NCBI GenBank assembly: GCA_964512765.1
Contig: CAZEKF010000001.1
Coordinates: forward strand, 66,366-130,365
DNA length: 64,000 nucleotides
Direction: 5' to 3'
DNA from: an uncultured Methanosarcinales archaeon
GTDB lineage: Archaea; Nanobdellota; Nanobdellia; Woesearchaeales; GW2011-AR15
Part shown: positions 30,500 to 40,391 of the stretch, piece after piece
How positions within the stretch are numbered: position 1 is the first letter of the stretch
Layout of the letters: each line of letters starts with the position of its first letter
Program-made: the position numbers and the translations under genes
Notes under the pieces: model-generated
What the model saw: the letters and a program-made list of their open reading frames with translations, nothing else
Told to the model about the DNA's origin: nothing
The model's database searches: none

Positions 30500-30892
30500 A
30501 TGCAGTTTAATATTTCTGGACATGAAAATGTTTTAAGTACGCATAGGAATACAATTGAGTTTACTAAAGATACAGAGTTAAGCTTGAAAGGAGATTGTAT
30601 CCTTGGTGTTAATGCTGATTTTGATCATAATGAATTAATGGAATTGGTTAAGCAATGTTCTAAAATTAAAGTAATAATTACAGTTGATGATCTGAAAGAA
30701 GAAATAACAGCAGAAATTAACAAAGATTTTGATGATAAACGTGAAATTGTAATCAGGAAAACAGACTTTGTTTCAAAAAGAACATTGGGCATTAAAGCAG
30801 ATAAAGCAGCAATTGATGTGAATAGAGATTTGGTTGATAAGTTGAAAGATTCTAATGTAAGAGGAATAGTTGAAATAATTGGATTAAATTAG
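30500..30892 (+). CDS. DUF371 family protein
   Basis: GHENVLSTHRNTIEFTKD, GDCILGVNAD, IRKTDF, RTL, ADKAA. Confidence 0.88.
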   Translation: MQFNISGHENVLSTHRNTIEFTKDTELSLKGDCILGVNADFDHNELMELVKQCSKIKVIITVDDLKEEITAEINKDFDDKREIVIRKTDFVSKRTLGIKADKAAIDVNRDLVDKLKDSNVRGIVEIIGLN

Positions 30893-30962
30893 ATAATTCA
30901 GTGTAGTCACAGGTCATTCTACACTAAAGTAAGGAGATGACCGACACTTACACAATTCAAAA

Positions 30963-31415
30963 ATGAAGAAAACTATGAAAAATAAGGAAGTTAAGGAGTT
31001 TATCAAGATAGTAAATGAACAATTTTCTTTAACATTGAACAAGAAAGATAGGTATGAGAAACAAAACAATTTGATTTTAGTCAATAATGAACCGTTGTTT
31101 TTTTACTTTGAGAATAGATTAGTACCAACATTGAAATTACTTTTTGAACAAGACGTTCTTAAGAAAATAACAGTTGACATGGGGGCTGTTAAATTTGTTG
31201 TGAAAGGCGCAGACGTGATGCGGCCGGGTATAACTAACATTGAAGAAAACATTGAGAAAAACGAGCTAATAGTTATTATTGACGAAACACATAGTAAGAA
31301 ATTGGCAGTTGGAATTGCTATATTTTCTACTGTTGAAATGACTTCATTAGATTCTGGGAAGGTTATTAAGAATCTACATTATGTTGGGGATGAGATTTGG
31401 AACAGTAATATTTAA
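30963..31415 (+). CDS. PUA-domain RNA-binding protein (Tma20/MCT-1-like)
   Basis: PTLKLL, VDMGAVKFVVKGADVMRPGI, GKVIKNLHYVGDEIW. Confidence 0.9.
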   Translation: MKKTMKNKEVKEFIKIVNEQFSLTLNKKDRYEKQNNLILVNNEPLFFYFENRLVPTLKLLFEQDVLKKITVDMGAVKFVVKGADVMRPGITNIEENIEKNELIVIIDETHSKKLAVGIAIFSTVEMTSLDSGKVIKNLHYVGDEIWNSNI

Positions 31416-31538
31416 ATATAACTAATTCTACCCTAAGTAAAAATGTTAGGAAGGAATATTATTAATACGTTGTATCTGCTAGTGTGCTAGATACATCAGT
31501 TTCTCTGCCTTCCATGAAAAAAATCTTGATTCAATATC

Positions 31539-33266
31539 TTGGTTGGAATGTTTGTGGAAGTCAGAGCCAAAAATATCAAAAAAATGTTACACTCAATTAA
31601 ATCAAGATTTGATCCCTCTTTATTACCTAGATATATTCCTATATACAGTAGAGAAGATCCTCTTTTTCAATTAATTGATGATTTACCTCATGCACTTGAT
31701 GAAATTCTTTCAAATGAGCAACAAGTAATTGAAAACATACTAGAACTACGTAAAATAGGAGAGGATGCGTCTGAACTTGAAACAGAGTTACGAAAAAGAG
31801 TTTTTGTGTCAGATGATACATCTGATCAGTATGTGTTGTGTAGGTTATTTGCAGATGCTTTTTTAAGGTACAGAAAAGATGGTAGGAATTTTTTTAGAGA
31901 TCTTGCAGAATCTAGTAAAGGTTTTTTCAGCTCAAAACGAGGTTTCTCAAAGGGACAGGTTGAAACTATAAGATATATTACAGTTTTAGGGATGTCAAAA
32001 GCAAACGGACATTTTGAAGAACAATCTCGATTGATGATACCTGTGGATAAGTTTGGTAATGTGCCTAAATTAAATATTTTACTTGAACAGAGGATACAAG
32101 AAACAGGGCGTGCAATTAATTATGCAGACTTAATTTATTCACACCATGATGAGACTTTTGATGATCAAGGATATTTATTAGGCCCTGATGGTAAACGACA
32201 AATTCTTTTGCAAGTTGGTGAGGCAGTTATGTTTACACCTAGGCTTACTGAATACAAAAAAGAAAAGATAATTAGGTCACTTGTAAAAAATTTAGCAAGA
32301 TCAACGGTATACAGTGGGAACAAAGGCACAATTTCAAATTCAAAAATAACTGCTTTATGTAGAGAACTTGAACAGATAATTAATATAGGTGAAGGAAGAA
32401 GTTATGACATATTATACGATGCGTTTTATGCTACTGTTGAGCGAACTTTGAATATTGGAGATTTAATTAGTCCAGAGAGAGTGGGATTTTTGAATGGAAA
32501 TTCTGTTTTTAAACCCTATTTATGCACACCAGGAAACTTTCCAAGTTTTATCAAAGAACTTGAAAGATTAGTTTCAGATTTCATATCTCTACCTATAGGA
32601 TATGGTGCTTGGGGTTGGAAAGGAGTATCTTTTGTTCCAAAGCTCTTGATTACCACATATTTTGATGAAATAGTTACACATGATGAAAAAGATCTTAGAG
32701 AATATTTAAGAGAAAGAGGTATTAAAGGAAAATCTGGTGAATATGAAAGAAGAGATTTAAGAGATCTGCGTCGTGCAACCTTTTTGACTTGGAGCGAACA
32801 CATAGGTCCAATTACAGATGATGATAATCTACCTGTAAGAGATAAGAAAGGCGAAGAGATTGCCTTAGCTTTGTTCGCTTATCACCATGGTTTGGATACA
32901 GGTGAATTAATTGAATTGATTCAAGGAAACCGTGAATTGGTAATACCAAGATCATCAGAGTTTGGACTAATATCTGACTGGACAAATAAGAAGAATTTTC
33001 AATATCGTATGGGTGATAGACGTAAACCAAATGGATATGGTGCCTTGAATACAACTGTATTGGGCTTACCTGGCTCTGCAGAAGTAGTTTACAAAACAAA
33101 TGTAGATGACGCAAGATCATTTTGTTTAGAAGAACAAACACACAGGAGCTATATCAGAGAGAGAGAAGCGATAAAAGACTTCTTACTTGAGGAAAGAAAA
33201 GTAATTACACCTCAAGAGTATTATGCATTACAAATGGTACTTTCTCCGAACCAAGTTGTACTTTAA
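31539..33266 (+). CDS. Hypothetical protein (start uncertain)
   Basis: 575-aa open frame; no family recognised. Confidence 0.6.
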   Translation: MVGMFVEVRAKNIKKMLHSIKSRFDPSLLPRYIPIYSREDPLFQLIDDLPHALDEILSNEQQVIENILELRKIGEDASELETELRKRVFVSDDTSDQYVLCRLFADAFLRYRKDGRNFFRDLAESSKGFFSSKRGFSKGQVETIRYITVLGMSKANGHFEEQSRLMIPVDKFGNVPKLNILLEQRIQETGRAINYADLIYSHHDETFDDQGYLLGPDGKRQILLQVGEAVMFTPRLTEYKKEKIIRSLVKNLARSTVYSGNKGTISNSKITALCRELEQIINIGEGRSYDILYDAFYATVERTLNIGDLISPERVGFLNGNSVFKPYLCTPGNFPSFIKELERLVSDFISLPIGYGAWGWKGVSFVPKLLITTYFDEIVTHDEKDLREYLRERGIKGKSGEYERRDLRDLRRATFLTWSEHIGPITDDDNLPVRDKKGEEIALALFAYHHGLDTGELIELIQGNRELVIPRSSEFGLISDWTNKKNFQYRMGDRRKPNGYGALNTTVLGLPGSAEVVYKTNVDDARSFCLEEQTHRSYIREREAIKDFLLEERKVITPQEYYALQMVLSPNQVVL

Positions 33267-33719
33267 CTAATTGGAAGATCTCCTCTCCTTCTGTACATAA
33301 TTAAACAATTTTTTATTAGAAATCTTACCGCAACCAAGGTAATCTTCTTTGTTTTTGATTATAACGAACCCGTTTAAGTTAGATTTTACCTCGAAATCTT
33401 CACCACTCATCCATCTCTTAGTTTCTGTATACTTTAATTCAAGAACATTCTTTTTAGCAATCGGACCTATTATTTGTGAACCTTCAATACTCAACCTAAC
33501 TTCTTTTTTATCATATACAACACCAAAATAGAGTCCTAATGAATTAACTCTTAACTCATCCAGGTTAACTTTCGAAACGTCTTTATTTAGGATAAACAGT
33601 TTGTTTTTAGTGTTCATAAAAACTTCATAATTGAAACTAAAATCACAATTAAACTGTTCATTAATTAGTTTTTCAATTCTTTTTTTTTCTTTTGAATTTA
33701 ATATTTTAAGTTGTTGCAT
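33267..33719 (-). CDS. Nip7/RsmF-C-terminal PUA-like protein
   Basis: SLGLYFG, RLSIEGSQIIG, KNVLEL, WMSGED, LGCGK. Confidence 0.75.
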   Translation of the reverse strand: MQQLKILNSKEKKRIEKLINEQFNCDFSFNYEVFMNTKNKLFILNKDVSKVNLDELRVNSLGLYFGVVYDKKEVRLSIEGSQIIGPIAKKNVLELKYTETKRWMSGEDFEVKSNLNGFVIIKNKEDYLGCGKISNKKLFNYVQKERRSSN

Positions 33720-33762
33720 TTTTTTGATTAAATTTAAAAACTTACAAAAGGTTATTTATATT

Positions 33763-34404
33763 ATGAAAAAGCTGCTGTTATTATTAATTTTGTTGTTCTC
33801 TCTTAATATAGTAATAGCAGAGTCTGTTCAGTATGGGAAAGTTAAGTTAACTGTTGTTAATCGAGCACCAAGAATTACTTCTTTGAACATATTGCCTGAA
33901 GAACCTTATTATGATTCTATGTTAGAGTGTAATGCGATTGTTGAGGACGAGTCTCCTGAGACAGTTACATTTGTGTATAAATGGTATAAAAATAATGTAT
34001 TATTAGAAGAAACAAGCAAATATCTTACTGATATAATAGATAATGATAACATTAGATGTTCAGTAACACCAACTGACAAATACGATGAAATAGGTAACAC
34101 AGAAACAGCTCAAACAACAATCTTAGAAAGTCCAGTAAGAGTCAAGGTCATTAAACCTGTTCTTAACATAGTAGGAATTCAAGTTAGTGCCAAAGATCTG
34201 AAACAAAGCACAAGTATGCAAGCAATAACAGGTATGGTGACAGGAACTAATAGTAGTTCTGATATCACTGTAGTGTTCTTATTAGGTATTTTTGTAATAA
34301 TTCTTGTAGGTTTAAATTTAACAGGTTTTGTAATACATCTTAGAAGAAAAAAATCTGTTAAATCCCCCAAACAGGGTTTTCTTTCCGCATCATACCAGCA
34401 ATAG
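33763..34404 (+). CDS. Exported Ig-like protein with a C-terminal membrane anchor
   Basis: Signal peptide MKKLLLLL..AES, NRAPRI, YKWYKNN, CSVTPTD, AITGMVT followed by a TM and basic tail. Confidence 0.7.
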   Translation: MKKLLLLLILLFSLNIVIAESVQYGKVKLTVVNRAPRITSLNILPEEPYYDSMLECNAIVEDESPETVTFVYKWYKNNVLLEETSKYLTDIIDNDNIRCSVTPTDKYDEIGNTETAQTTILESPVRVKVIKPVLNIVGIQVSAKDLKQSTSMQAITGMVTGTNSSSDITVVFLLGIFVIILVGLNLTGFVIHLRRKKSVKSPKQGFLSASYQQ

Positions 34405-36109
34405 TTTTCAAAACTTCAATCTCACCTTTGCTTAAGAATTTCATTAATTTTTTCAGTTTTCTAAAATCATCTTCAGGAATATAACTATATAGAATATCTC
34501 GTTCTTTTATTTGTCTGCCTACAGTAACATCAGTGATAGAAATTGCTAACTGTTTACCTTTTGTTGCGGACTGAACATTTTCTTTTTCAAGTTGCATGCT
34601 TTTAACAGTACCCAATGCTTTGCCGTCTTTCATTACTCTCGTGCCTGTCTGAATCTTACCTTCTAGAATATCACAGCCAATTATGGCAGGGTTATTTTGC
34701 CTGAAAGTATGATTAAACATAAATTCAAACTTACACGGTCTTACTAATTCATCTAATGCTTTTGCTTCTAACAAAGCTTTTTGTTGCTCTTGCCATTGCT
34801 CTAATTCTTCAATTATTTTATAAATGATGTCTGAAGTAATTATTTTAACTTTCTCACTTCCAACTATGCCTTGTTCTCTCTCTACATTAAACCCTAATAT
34901 AACAGCTTGCAACGGATCCTTTTCAAAGTTAGACTCTGCGTCAACAATATCTTTTTTAGTAATAATGCCTATACTTGCTTTTCTGACAGGTATATTTTTT
35001 TCTTTTAATAAAAAAGTTAATGCTTCTAATGATCCAAGCGTATCTGCTTTTATTATTACTCCAGAACTTTCAGTTTCTATCATTACTTCTTGGACTTCTT
35101 TTTGAATTTCGTCGATAACTTTGTTTTTAATATCTTTTGTGTAACTTTGCAAAGGCATACCTGCAATAACTTCTTCAACATCTGGGGCGCTAATTTTTAC
35201 ACCTGTTGCAGCAACAACTTGTTTTTCTCTTTTAAACTTAGTTTTTTTGTCACGCATTTCTTTTAGTGGTAATGGACATAACAATGCCTTAACTCTTGTT
35301 TCAATAGGTTTTTCTAATCCTCCAATTATTAATTTATCATTTGTGTTCAGAATTCCATCGTAAATAATAACATCCAAAGTTTTTCCTAGCCCTGTGGATT
35401 CTTTAACTTCTAGAACAGTGCCTTTTGCGTTTCCTTTAACATGTAATTTTAAAGATTCTTCAAGATATTTTTGTGCTAATCCAATCAATACCATTAATAG
35501 TTCAGGAATGCCGTCTCCATTTATTGCTGAAGTAGGTATGATTGCAACTTGTTTAGTGTGATCTTCAATTCTGTCAAATCGTTCAGATTCAAAACCTAAT
35601 TCTGATAGTTTAGCTACAATCTCATACAGTTTAGTTTCGATATTTTCCTGGACAAAAGGATCTTGGTTGTTCAGATTTTTTATTAGAAATTTTTCAGTTT
35701 GCCTATATCCTGGTATAAGATCGATTTTGTTAGCTGCAATCACAAACGGTGTTTTGCTGTTTTTTAGGATTTCAATACTTTCAAATGTCTGTGGTTTTAG
35801 GCCTTCATTAATATCAATGACCAATATGGCAATATCTGCAATGTTACCACCACGTTTTCTTAATGTTGTAAAAGCTGCGTGACCTGGCGTGTCCAGAAGT
35901 AACAATCCAGGCACAGTAATTTTAATTTGCTTTAGCAATTGTCCACAAATATTTTTTATAGTTTCAATTGGAATAATTGAAGCACCTATTGCTTGGGTAA
36001 TGCCTCCAGATTCGCCTAATTGAACAGCACTCCCTCTAATCTTATCAAGTAACTTTGTTTTTCCATGATCCACATGACCAATTAATCCACAAATGACTTT
36101 TCTTAGCAT
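34358..36109 (-). CDS. infB: Translation initiation factor aIF5B (IF-2)
   Basis: GHVDHGKT, GGITQAIGA, DTPGHAAF, NKID, KADTLGSLEAL. Confidence 0.97.
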   Translation of the reverse strand: MLRKVICGLIGHVDHGKTKLLDKIRGSAVQLGESGGITQAIGASIIPIETIKNICGQLLKQIKITVPGLLLLDTPGHAAFTTLRKRGGNIADIAILVIDINEGLKPQTFESIEILKNSKTPFVIAANKIDLIPGYRQTEKFLIKNLNNQDPFVQENIETKLYEIVAKLSELGFESERFDRIEDHTKQVAIIPTSAINGDGIPELLMVLIGLAQKYLEESLKLHVKGNAKGTVLEVKESTGLGKTLDVIIYDGILNTNDKLIIGGLEKPIETRVKALLCPLPLKEMRDKKTKFKREKQVVAATGVKISAPDVEEVIAGMPLQSYTKDIKNKVIDEIQKEVQEVMIETESSGVIIKADTLGSLEALTFLLKEKNIPVRKASIGIITKKDIVDAESNFEKDPLQAVILGFNVEREQGIVGSEKVKIITSDIIYKIIEELEQWQEQQKALLEAKALDELVRPCKFEFMFNHTFRQNNPAIIGCDILEGKIQTGTRVMKDGKALGTVKSMQLEKENVQSATKGKQLAISITDVTVGRQIKERDILYSYIPEDDFRKLKKLMKFLSKGEIEVLKTIAGMMRKENPVWGI

Positions 36110-36110
36110 C

Positions 36111-37271
36111 TTAAATTAATAATCTCTTATCTTTATTTGATAACCATTTATTAGTTTTTATTTTTAAATTACCTCTTTTATATCTAGGTATGAATTTATA
36201 AAAATTTATTAATATATCTTTTAATGATTGTTTTGAGAGTGCTCCTCTACACTTTAATAATAATTTAAGTTGGTTTTCATGTCTTTTTAATTCAAAACCA
36301 ATTTTCGAGTAGAATGTCATTAAGTCCTTAAGTCTAGTAATTAAGATAGTGTATGTAGCAGTTATTTTTCCAAGAGAACTAACATATACTTTTGAAAAAT
36401 AAGGTTGAACAATGATACCAAAACTTTTTAGTATTTGCACTTCGTTTTTAGTCAATTCAGGTACATTTGAATTAAGACTACTTAAGCAATGTTTATCTAA
36501 ATCCTGTTTATAATATACTTTTCTCATTTTCTTATGTTTAAGACCAATTTTGACTGAATTATTTCTATTCAATTGTATTCTAGGACTAAGATAATATTTG
36601 TTTTTAACTTTTGTGACAAAGGCATAAATTGATGCTTCTTCACTTATGTTTGCTTGCCACCATATCTTATGGAATTGTTTATTATTTAAAATGTAATTAG
36701 GAATCTTTAAATCTGCACTGTTTTTATTTCCATAAATCCTATTTTTTATAAAATGCTTTGCAAATATAAGTGGGAAATATAAACATCTTGTTTGGTCTCT
36801 CGTATCAATTCTTTCTTTTAGCGTAATATTTCCTATTAACTTTTTTGAATTTACTCTTATAATGTCCAATATTTCATGGTCTTTATTTGTATATTCAACA
36901 ATTCTATGTCTTATTCGTCCTTCGTTAATCATTCCAACAAATAATCTTACACCAGCATTACAATTAAAATTCAAAGGCAATTTTGGATCTTTGATTTCAT
37001 CAATAAATTTGATGCCTTTTGTTATTTTAGAAATTGAAAAATTACAGAAATTTCCAATTCTTTGAAATGTTAAAGACTTGATATATTTTTGATTGATAAA
37101 TTTTTTCCAGGTTCTTAACTCTATACCTATATTTTTCGAGATAGGAGTATTTAAACTTGATTTTGTTTTTACTTTTGCTATTTTGATTACATATTTGATA
37201 TAATTTTTCTTAGCAATAATCTTAGAAAACGGACTATCTGAGATATTTACAATATTTTTTCCATTATTCAT
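36111..37271 (-). CDS. Free-standing LAGLIDADG-domain protein (degenerate homing-endonuclease-like)
   Basis: Motif-like helices RLFVGMINEGRI and WWQANISEEASI, EYTNKD, LKSFGI, FYSKIGF; very basic. Confidence 0.65.
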   Translation of the reverse strand: MNNGKNIVNISDSPFSKIIAKKNYIKYVIKIAKVKTKSSLNTPISKNIGIELRTWKKFINQKYIKSLTFQRIGNFCNFSISKITKGIKFIDEIKDPKLPLNFNCNAGVRLFVGMINEGRIRHRIVEYTNKDHEILDIIRVNSKKLIGNITLKERIDTRDQTRCLYFPLIFAKHFIKNRIYGNKNSADLKIPNYILNNKQFHKIWWQANISEEASIYAFVTKVKNKYYLSPRIQLNRNNSVKIGLKHKKMRKVYYKQDLDKHCLSSLNSNVPELTKNEVQILKSFGIIVQPYFSKVYVSSLGKITATYTILITRLKDLMTFYSKIGFELKRHENQLKLLLKCRGALSKQSLKDILINFYKFIPRYKRGNLKIKTNKWLSNKDKRLLI

Positions 37272-37329
37272 TTAAATCACGATTATTATGCTTATTTTGG
37301 ATTTGTAAATGAGTAATAAAGAAATAACC

Positions 37330-37423
37330 ATTTAAATACCTCACACAAGAATGTCTAGTGTGTCCAGTGGATGTTTGATAGCAGCTAGCAGAGGACAAAT
37401 GTAACATTTGAAAGTGTCCAGTG
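37330..37423. promoter_or_regulatory. Conserved element upstream of LAGLIDADG gene 1: TATA-like box plus TGTC(C/T)AGTG repeats
   Basis: 37330-37360 matches 41449-41479 at 28/31 nt; nonamer copies at 37352, 37361 and 37415. Confidence 0.7.
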
Positions 37424-37493
37424 ACAACCAAAATTCAATAACTTTAAATATAATTACTACTTTTGAATAGTTCATAAATTGGAGGAGAGGTAT

Positions 37494-37850
37494 ATGAAGA
37501 AATTATTAACAACAATATCATTGTTTATCTTGGTTATTGCAAGTGTTTCAGCAGGATATGTTGGTCATATTTATCCAGATAGATTAGAGGCAAAGGAAGG
37601 CAACATTTTAGTAACTTTTTTTAACCATGGTAATTCAAAGGTTAAAGATCTTAAAGCAACAGCATACATACCAGATTTAGATGTTTATCATAAGTCAGGA
37701 GACTTTAATTTGAGGTCAAAAACATCTGGACGAGTATACATAATAGTTGAAATACCACACGACACTGAACCAGATTATTACCCAGTTATTGTTACTCTAC
37801 GAAACAATGATGTTAGAGAAAAAACACATACTTGGTTAGAAGTATATTAA
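37494..37850 (+). CDS. Small exported beta-rich (Ig/CARDB-like) protein
   Basis: GGAGGAGAGG SD, signal peptide MKKLL...VSA, IPHDTEPDYYPVIVTL. Confidence 0.65.
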   Translation: MKKLLTTISLFILVIASVSAGYVGHIYPDRLEAKEGNILVTFFNHGNSKVKDLKATAYIPDLDVYHKSGDFNLRSKTSGRVYIIVEIPHDTEPDYYPVIVTLRNNDVREKTHTWLEVY

Positions 37851-37879
37851 TAAACTAAATCCTTTTTCTTTTTTTATAT

Positions 37880-38932
37880 ATGGTCGTTACTGAAGAATCT
37901 ATTAACTTAAACATTGTAAAAGAAAAAAAAATTTCTAAAAAACTCCCAGTATTTTACAATCCAATCATGAAACTTAACAGAGATATTTCTGTTTTGCTAC
38001 TTAATTCTATTCCAGACAAAAACATGCAAATAGCACTTCCATTAGCAGGGTCAGGTGTTCGTGGGATAAGGTTTCTTAAAGAACTTAGTAAAAATAAAAT
38101 TAAATCAATTGCATTTAATGATTATAAAACTTTATCAGACATTAAGAAAAACCTTAAATTAAATAATTTAGAAAAAGATAAAAGGATAAAGTTGTATAAC
38201 GCAGATGCTAACTTATTCTTGTTACAAAGTAAAGGTTTTGATTATATTGATATTGATCCTTTTGGTACTCCAAATCCTTTTTTAGAAAATTCTATTACGA
38301 GGTTGGCTAGAAAAGGGATTTTGGCAGTAACAGCCACAGACACAGCAGCGTTAGCAGGAAGTTCGGAAAAGGCATGCATAAGAAAATACTGGGCTAAACC
38401 TATGAGAAACGAGTTAATGCATGAAATTGGTATTAGAATATTGATCAGGAAAGTGCAGTTGATAGGTGCTCAGAATGATAAAGCACTAACACCAATATTT
38501 AGTTATTCAAAAGACCATTATTACAGGTTATTTTTCAGGTGCGAGAAAGGAAAACAAAAAGTTGATTCATTGTTAAAAAACCACAAATATTTGTTGTATA
38601 ATCCAAAAACAATGAAAAGAGAAGTTTCTGAGCATAACTATAAGAAAAATTATCAATACACAGGACCTTTGTGGGCAGAACAATTATGGGACAAGAAATT
38701 AGTTAGCAAAATGTATAAGAATTGTGATAAAAGTAATAAAAAACTGAGTGATTTGGTTTCAATTATTAAAGAAGAATGTAAAATTGGTACTGTTGGATTC
38801 TATGATTTACATAAAATAGCTAAATTAAAAGGTAAAGAAGTTCCAAAAATTGAAACCATATTGAATAAAAATACAACTAGAACACATTTCCTGGGCTGGG
38901 GGGTTAGGACCCAGCTTCAAAAATTGATTTAG
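37880..38932 (+). CDS. trm1: tRNA (guanine-26-N2)-dimethyltransferase
   Basis: VFYNPIMKLNRDIS, GSGVRGIRF, FDYIDIDPFGTP, VTATDTA, HEIGIRIL, GPLW, RTHF. Confidence 0.93.
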   Translation: MVVTEESINLNIVKEKKISKKLPVFYNPIMKLNRDISVLLLNSIPDKNMQIALPLAGSGVRGIRFLKELSKNKIKSIAFNDYKTLSDIKKNLKLNNLEKDKRIKLYNADANLFLLQSKGFDYIDIDPFGTPNPFLENSITRLARKGILAVTATDTAALAGSSEKACIRKYWAKPMRNELMHEIGIRILIRKVQLIGAQNDKALTPIFSYSKDHYYRLFFRCEKGKQKVDSLLKNHKYLLYNPKTMKREVSEHNYKKNYQYTGPLWAEQLWDKKLVSKMYKNCDKSNKKLSDLVSIIKEECKIGTVGFYDLHKIAKLKGKEVPKIETILNKNTTRTHFLGWGVRTQLQKLI

Positions 38933-39695
38933 TCCAACCACCAAAGAATTCTTGACCATTTAGTTTCCAGTTATTAACAGGAGAGTCAATGTGTAAATTT
39001 TCAGGAGGGCGTACATCTGTCCGTCCTTTATTTTTGTCTCTTATATATTCTTCCACAAGCCTGGTTGTATGATATTCAGGATGACCTAAATTGATTAAAA
39101 ATTTTTTATCACAACTTTCAAAAATATAATAGCCCGCATCCTGTGAATAAGCCAATAGGTTAATTATGCCTTTATTGCTTGTTTGTTCAAGAAGATTATC
39201 ATTTATTCCAGCATGTCTACTATGTGGACAATAAAATTCATCATCCAAATCTCTCATAATAATGTGTTTTGAATCAAGTTTGGTTGTTTTATAAATACCG
39301 AATAATTTTTTTTTAAACATAGTCTTTTTTATGTCAAGCAATTTTGCCAAAGCAAGGCCGCCCCAGCAAAGTCCTAAAGTTGAAGCATAATTTTTTCTTG
39401 CATAACCAAGTATTTTTTTTAGCTCTTCCCAATATGTGATTTTTTCAAACGGAATTTCTTCAACAGGAGCAGGTGAAAGTATGAGTCCTTGTAGTTTATC
39501 TTTAACATCTTCAAAATACTTGTAGCATTTTTTTAAATGCTCTTTATTACTGCTTGAATAACAATGATTCTTTAATCTGATAAATACAAGTGTAACTTTG
39601 AGTGAGGATTTGTTTAAAGGTACTAGTAAGTTATGTTCATATTCCTCAGCTTTCGGCATTAAATTAATTATGCCAATTTTTATTTCGTTAGTCAT
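38904..39695 (-). CDS. metA: MetA-family homoserine O-acyltransferase (Glu in PVE suggests acetyl specificity)
   Basis: IGIINLMP, APVEEIPFEKITYWEEL, LCWG, KKLFG, PHSRH, GHPEY. Confidence 0.88.
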   Translation of the reverse strand: MTNEIKIGIINLMPKAEEYEHNLLVPLNKSSLKVTLVFIRLKNHCYSSSNKEHLKKCYKYFEDVKDKLQGLILSPAPVEEIPFEKITYWEELKKILGYARKNYASTLGLCWGGLALAKLLDIKKTMFKKKLFGIYKTTKLDSKHIIMRDLDDEFYCPHSRHAGINDNLLEQTSNKGIINLLAYSQDAGYYIFESCDKKFLINLGHPEYHTTRLVEEYIRDKNKGRTDVRPPENLHIDSPVNNWKLNGQEFFGGWTKSIFEAGS

Positions 39696-39900
39696 TGTGA
39701 TTTTTTTAATGCATGATTTATATCTTTAATAATGTCTTTTGAATGTTCAATCCCTATTGACAATCTAATTAATTCAGGTTTTATTCCACCAAATATCAAG
39801 TGTTCTTCAGTTAACTGACTGTGTGTTGTTGGATCTGGCCTTTGGCCAGCGTGTACAAATTTTGTTTGAATATCTAATTTTTTATTTTTTTAGTAGACAT
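39692..39900 (-). pseudogene. metY: O-acetylhomoserine sulfhydrylase (MetY) remnant with a large internal deletion and a frameshift
   Basis: After a 1-nt shift in an A run it reads ...LDIQTKFVHAGQRPDPTT|HSQLTEEHLIFGGIKPELIRLSIGIEHSKDIIKDINHALKKSQ*, i.e. the MetY N-terminus fused to the MetY C-terminus; GGTGA SD; ATGA overlap with metA. Confidence 0.85.
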
Positions 39901-40063
39901 ATTAATCACCTTTAATATTTTTTAAAGAAATTAAGAAAATCACTGAATGCTTCAACACATCATTAACATTTTAGAATTTATTAAACAGTAATTAAGCATT
40001 TTTACCTAGAAATCCCTTAATGATTTATAAAATATTTTGAAAAAATAATTCTAATAAGAATAA

Positions 40064-40342
40064 TTATCCAATAGCTCTTCTAACATCTGTTATTTCAACA
40101 GAATTAACTCCTTCAATACTATTAACGTCTTCTTCTAAAGGATCAGTTGCACCTTTAGCTTCATCCATAACAAACAATATTTTCACTGCTTTTAGACCAA
40201 AAGCAACAGGTTCTTGTTCAGTTTTATAATTGTCCATTTCTGTGAAAGACTTAATTTTGTCAAGAGCTTCTGATTCAACTTTTGCTAAGTCAATTTCAGG
40301 AGAATCAGGCATTATTTTCATAGTTACTACAACGTCTGCCAT
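40064..40342 (-). CDS. ef1b: Translation elongation factor aEF-1beta
   Basis: MADVVVTMKIMPDSPE, EPVAFGLKA, IEGVNSVE. Confidence 0.95.
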   Translation of the reverse strand: MADVVVTMKIMPDSPEIDLAKVESEALDKIKSFTEMDNYKTEQEPVAFGLKAVKILFVMDEAKGATDPLEEDVNSIEGVNSVEITDVRRAIG

Positions 40343-40391
40343 TTTGTTAAAGGGATTAAATAGAGTTATTTAAATCTATCTTTTTAAAAAG

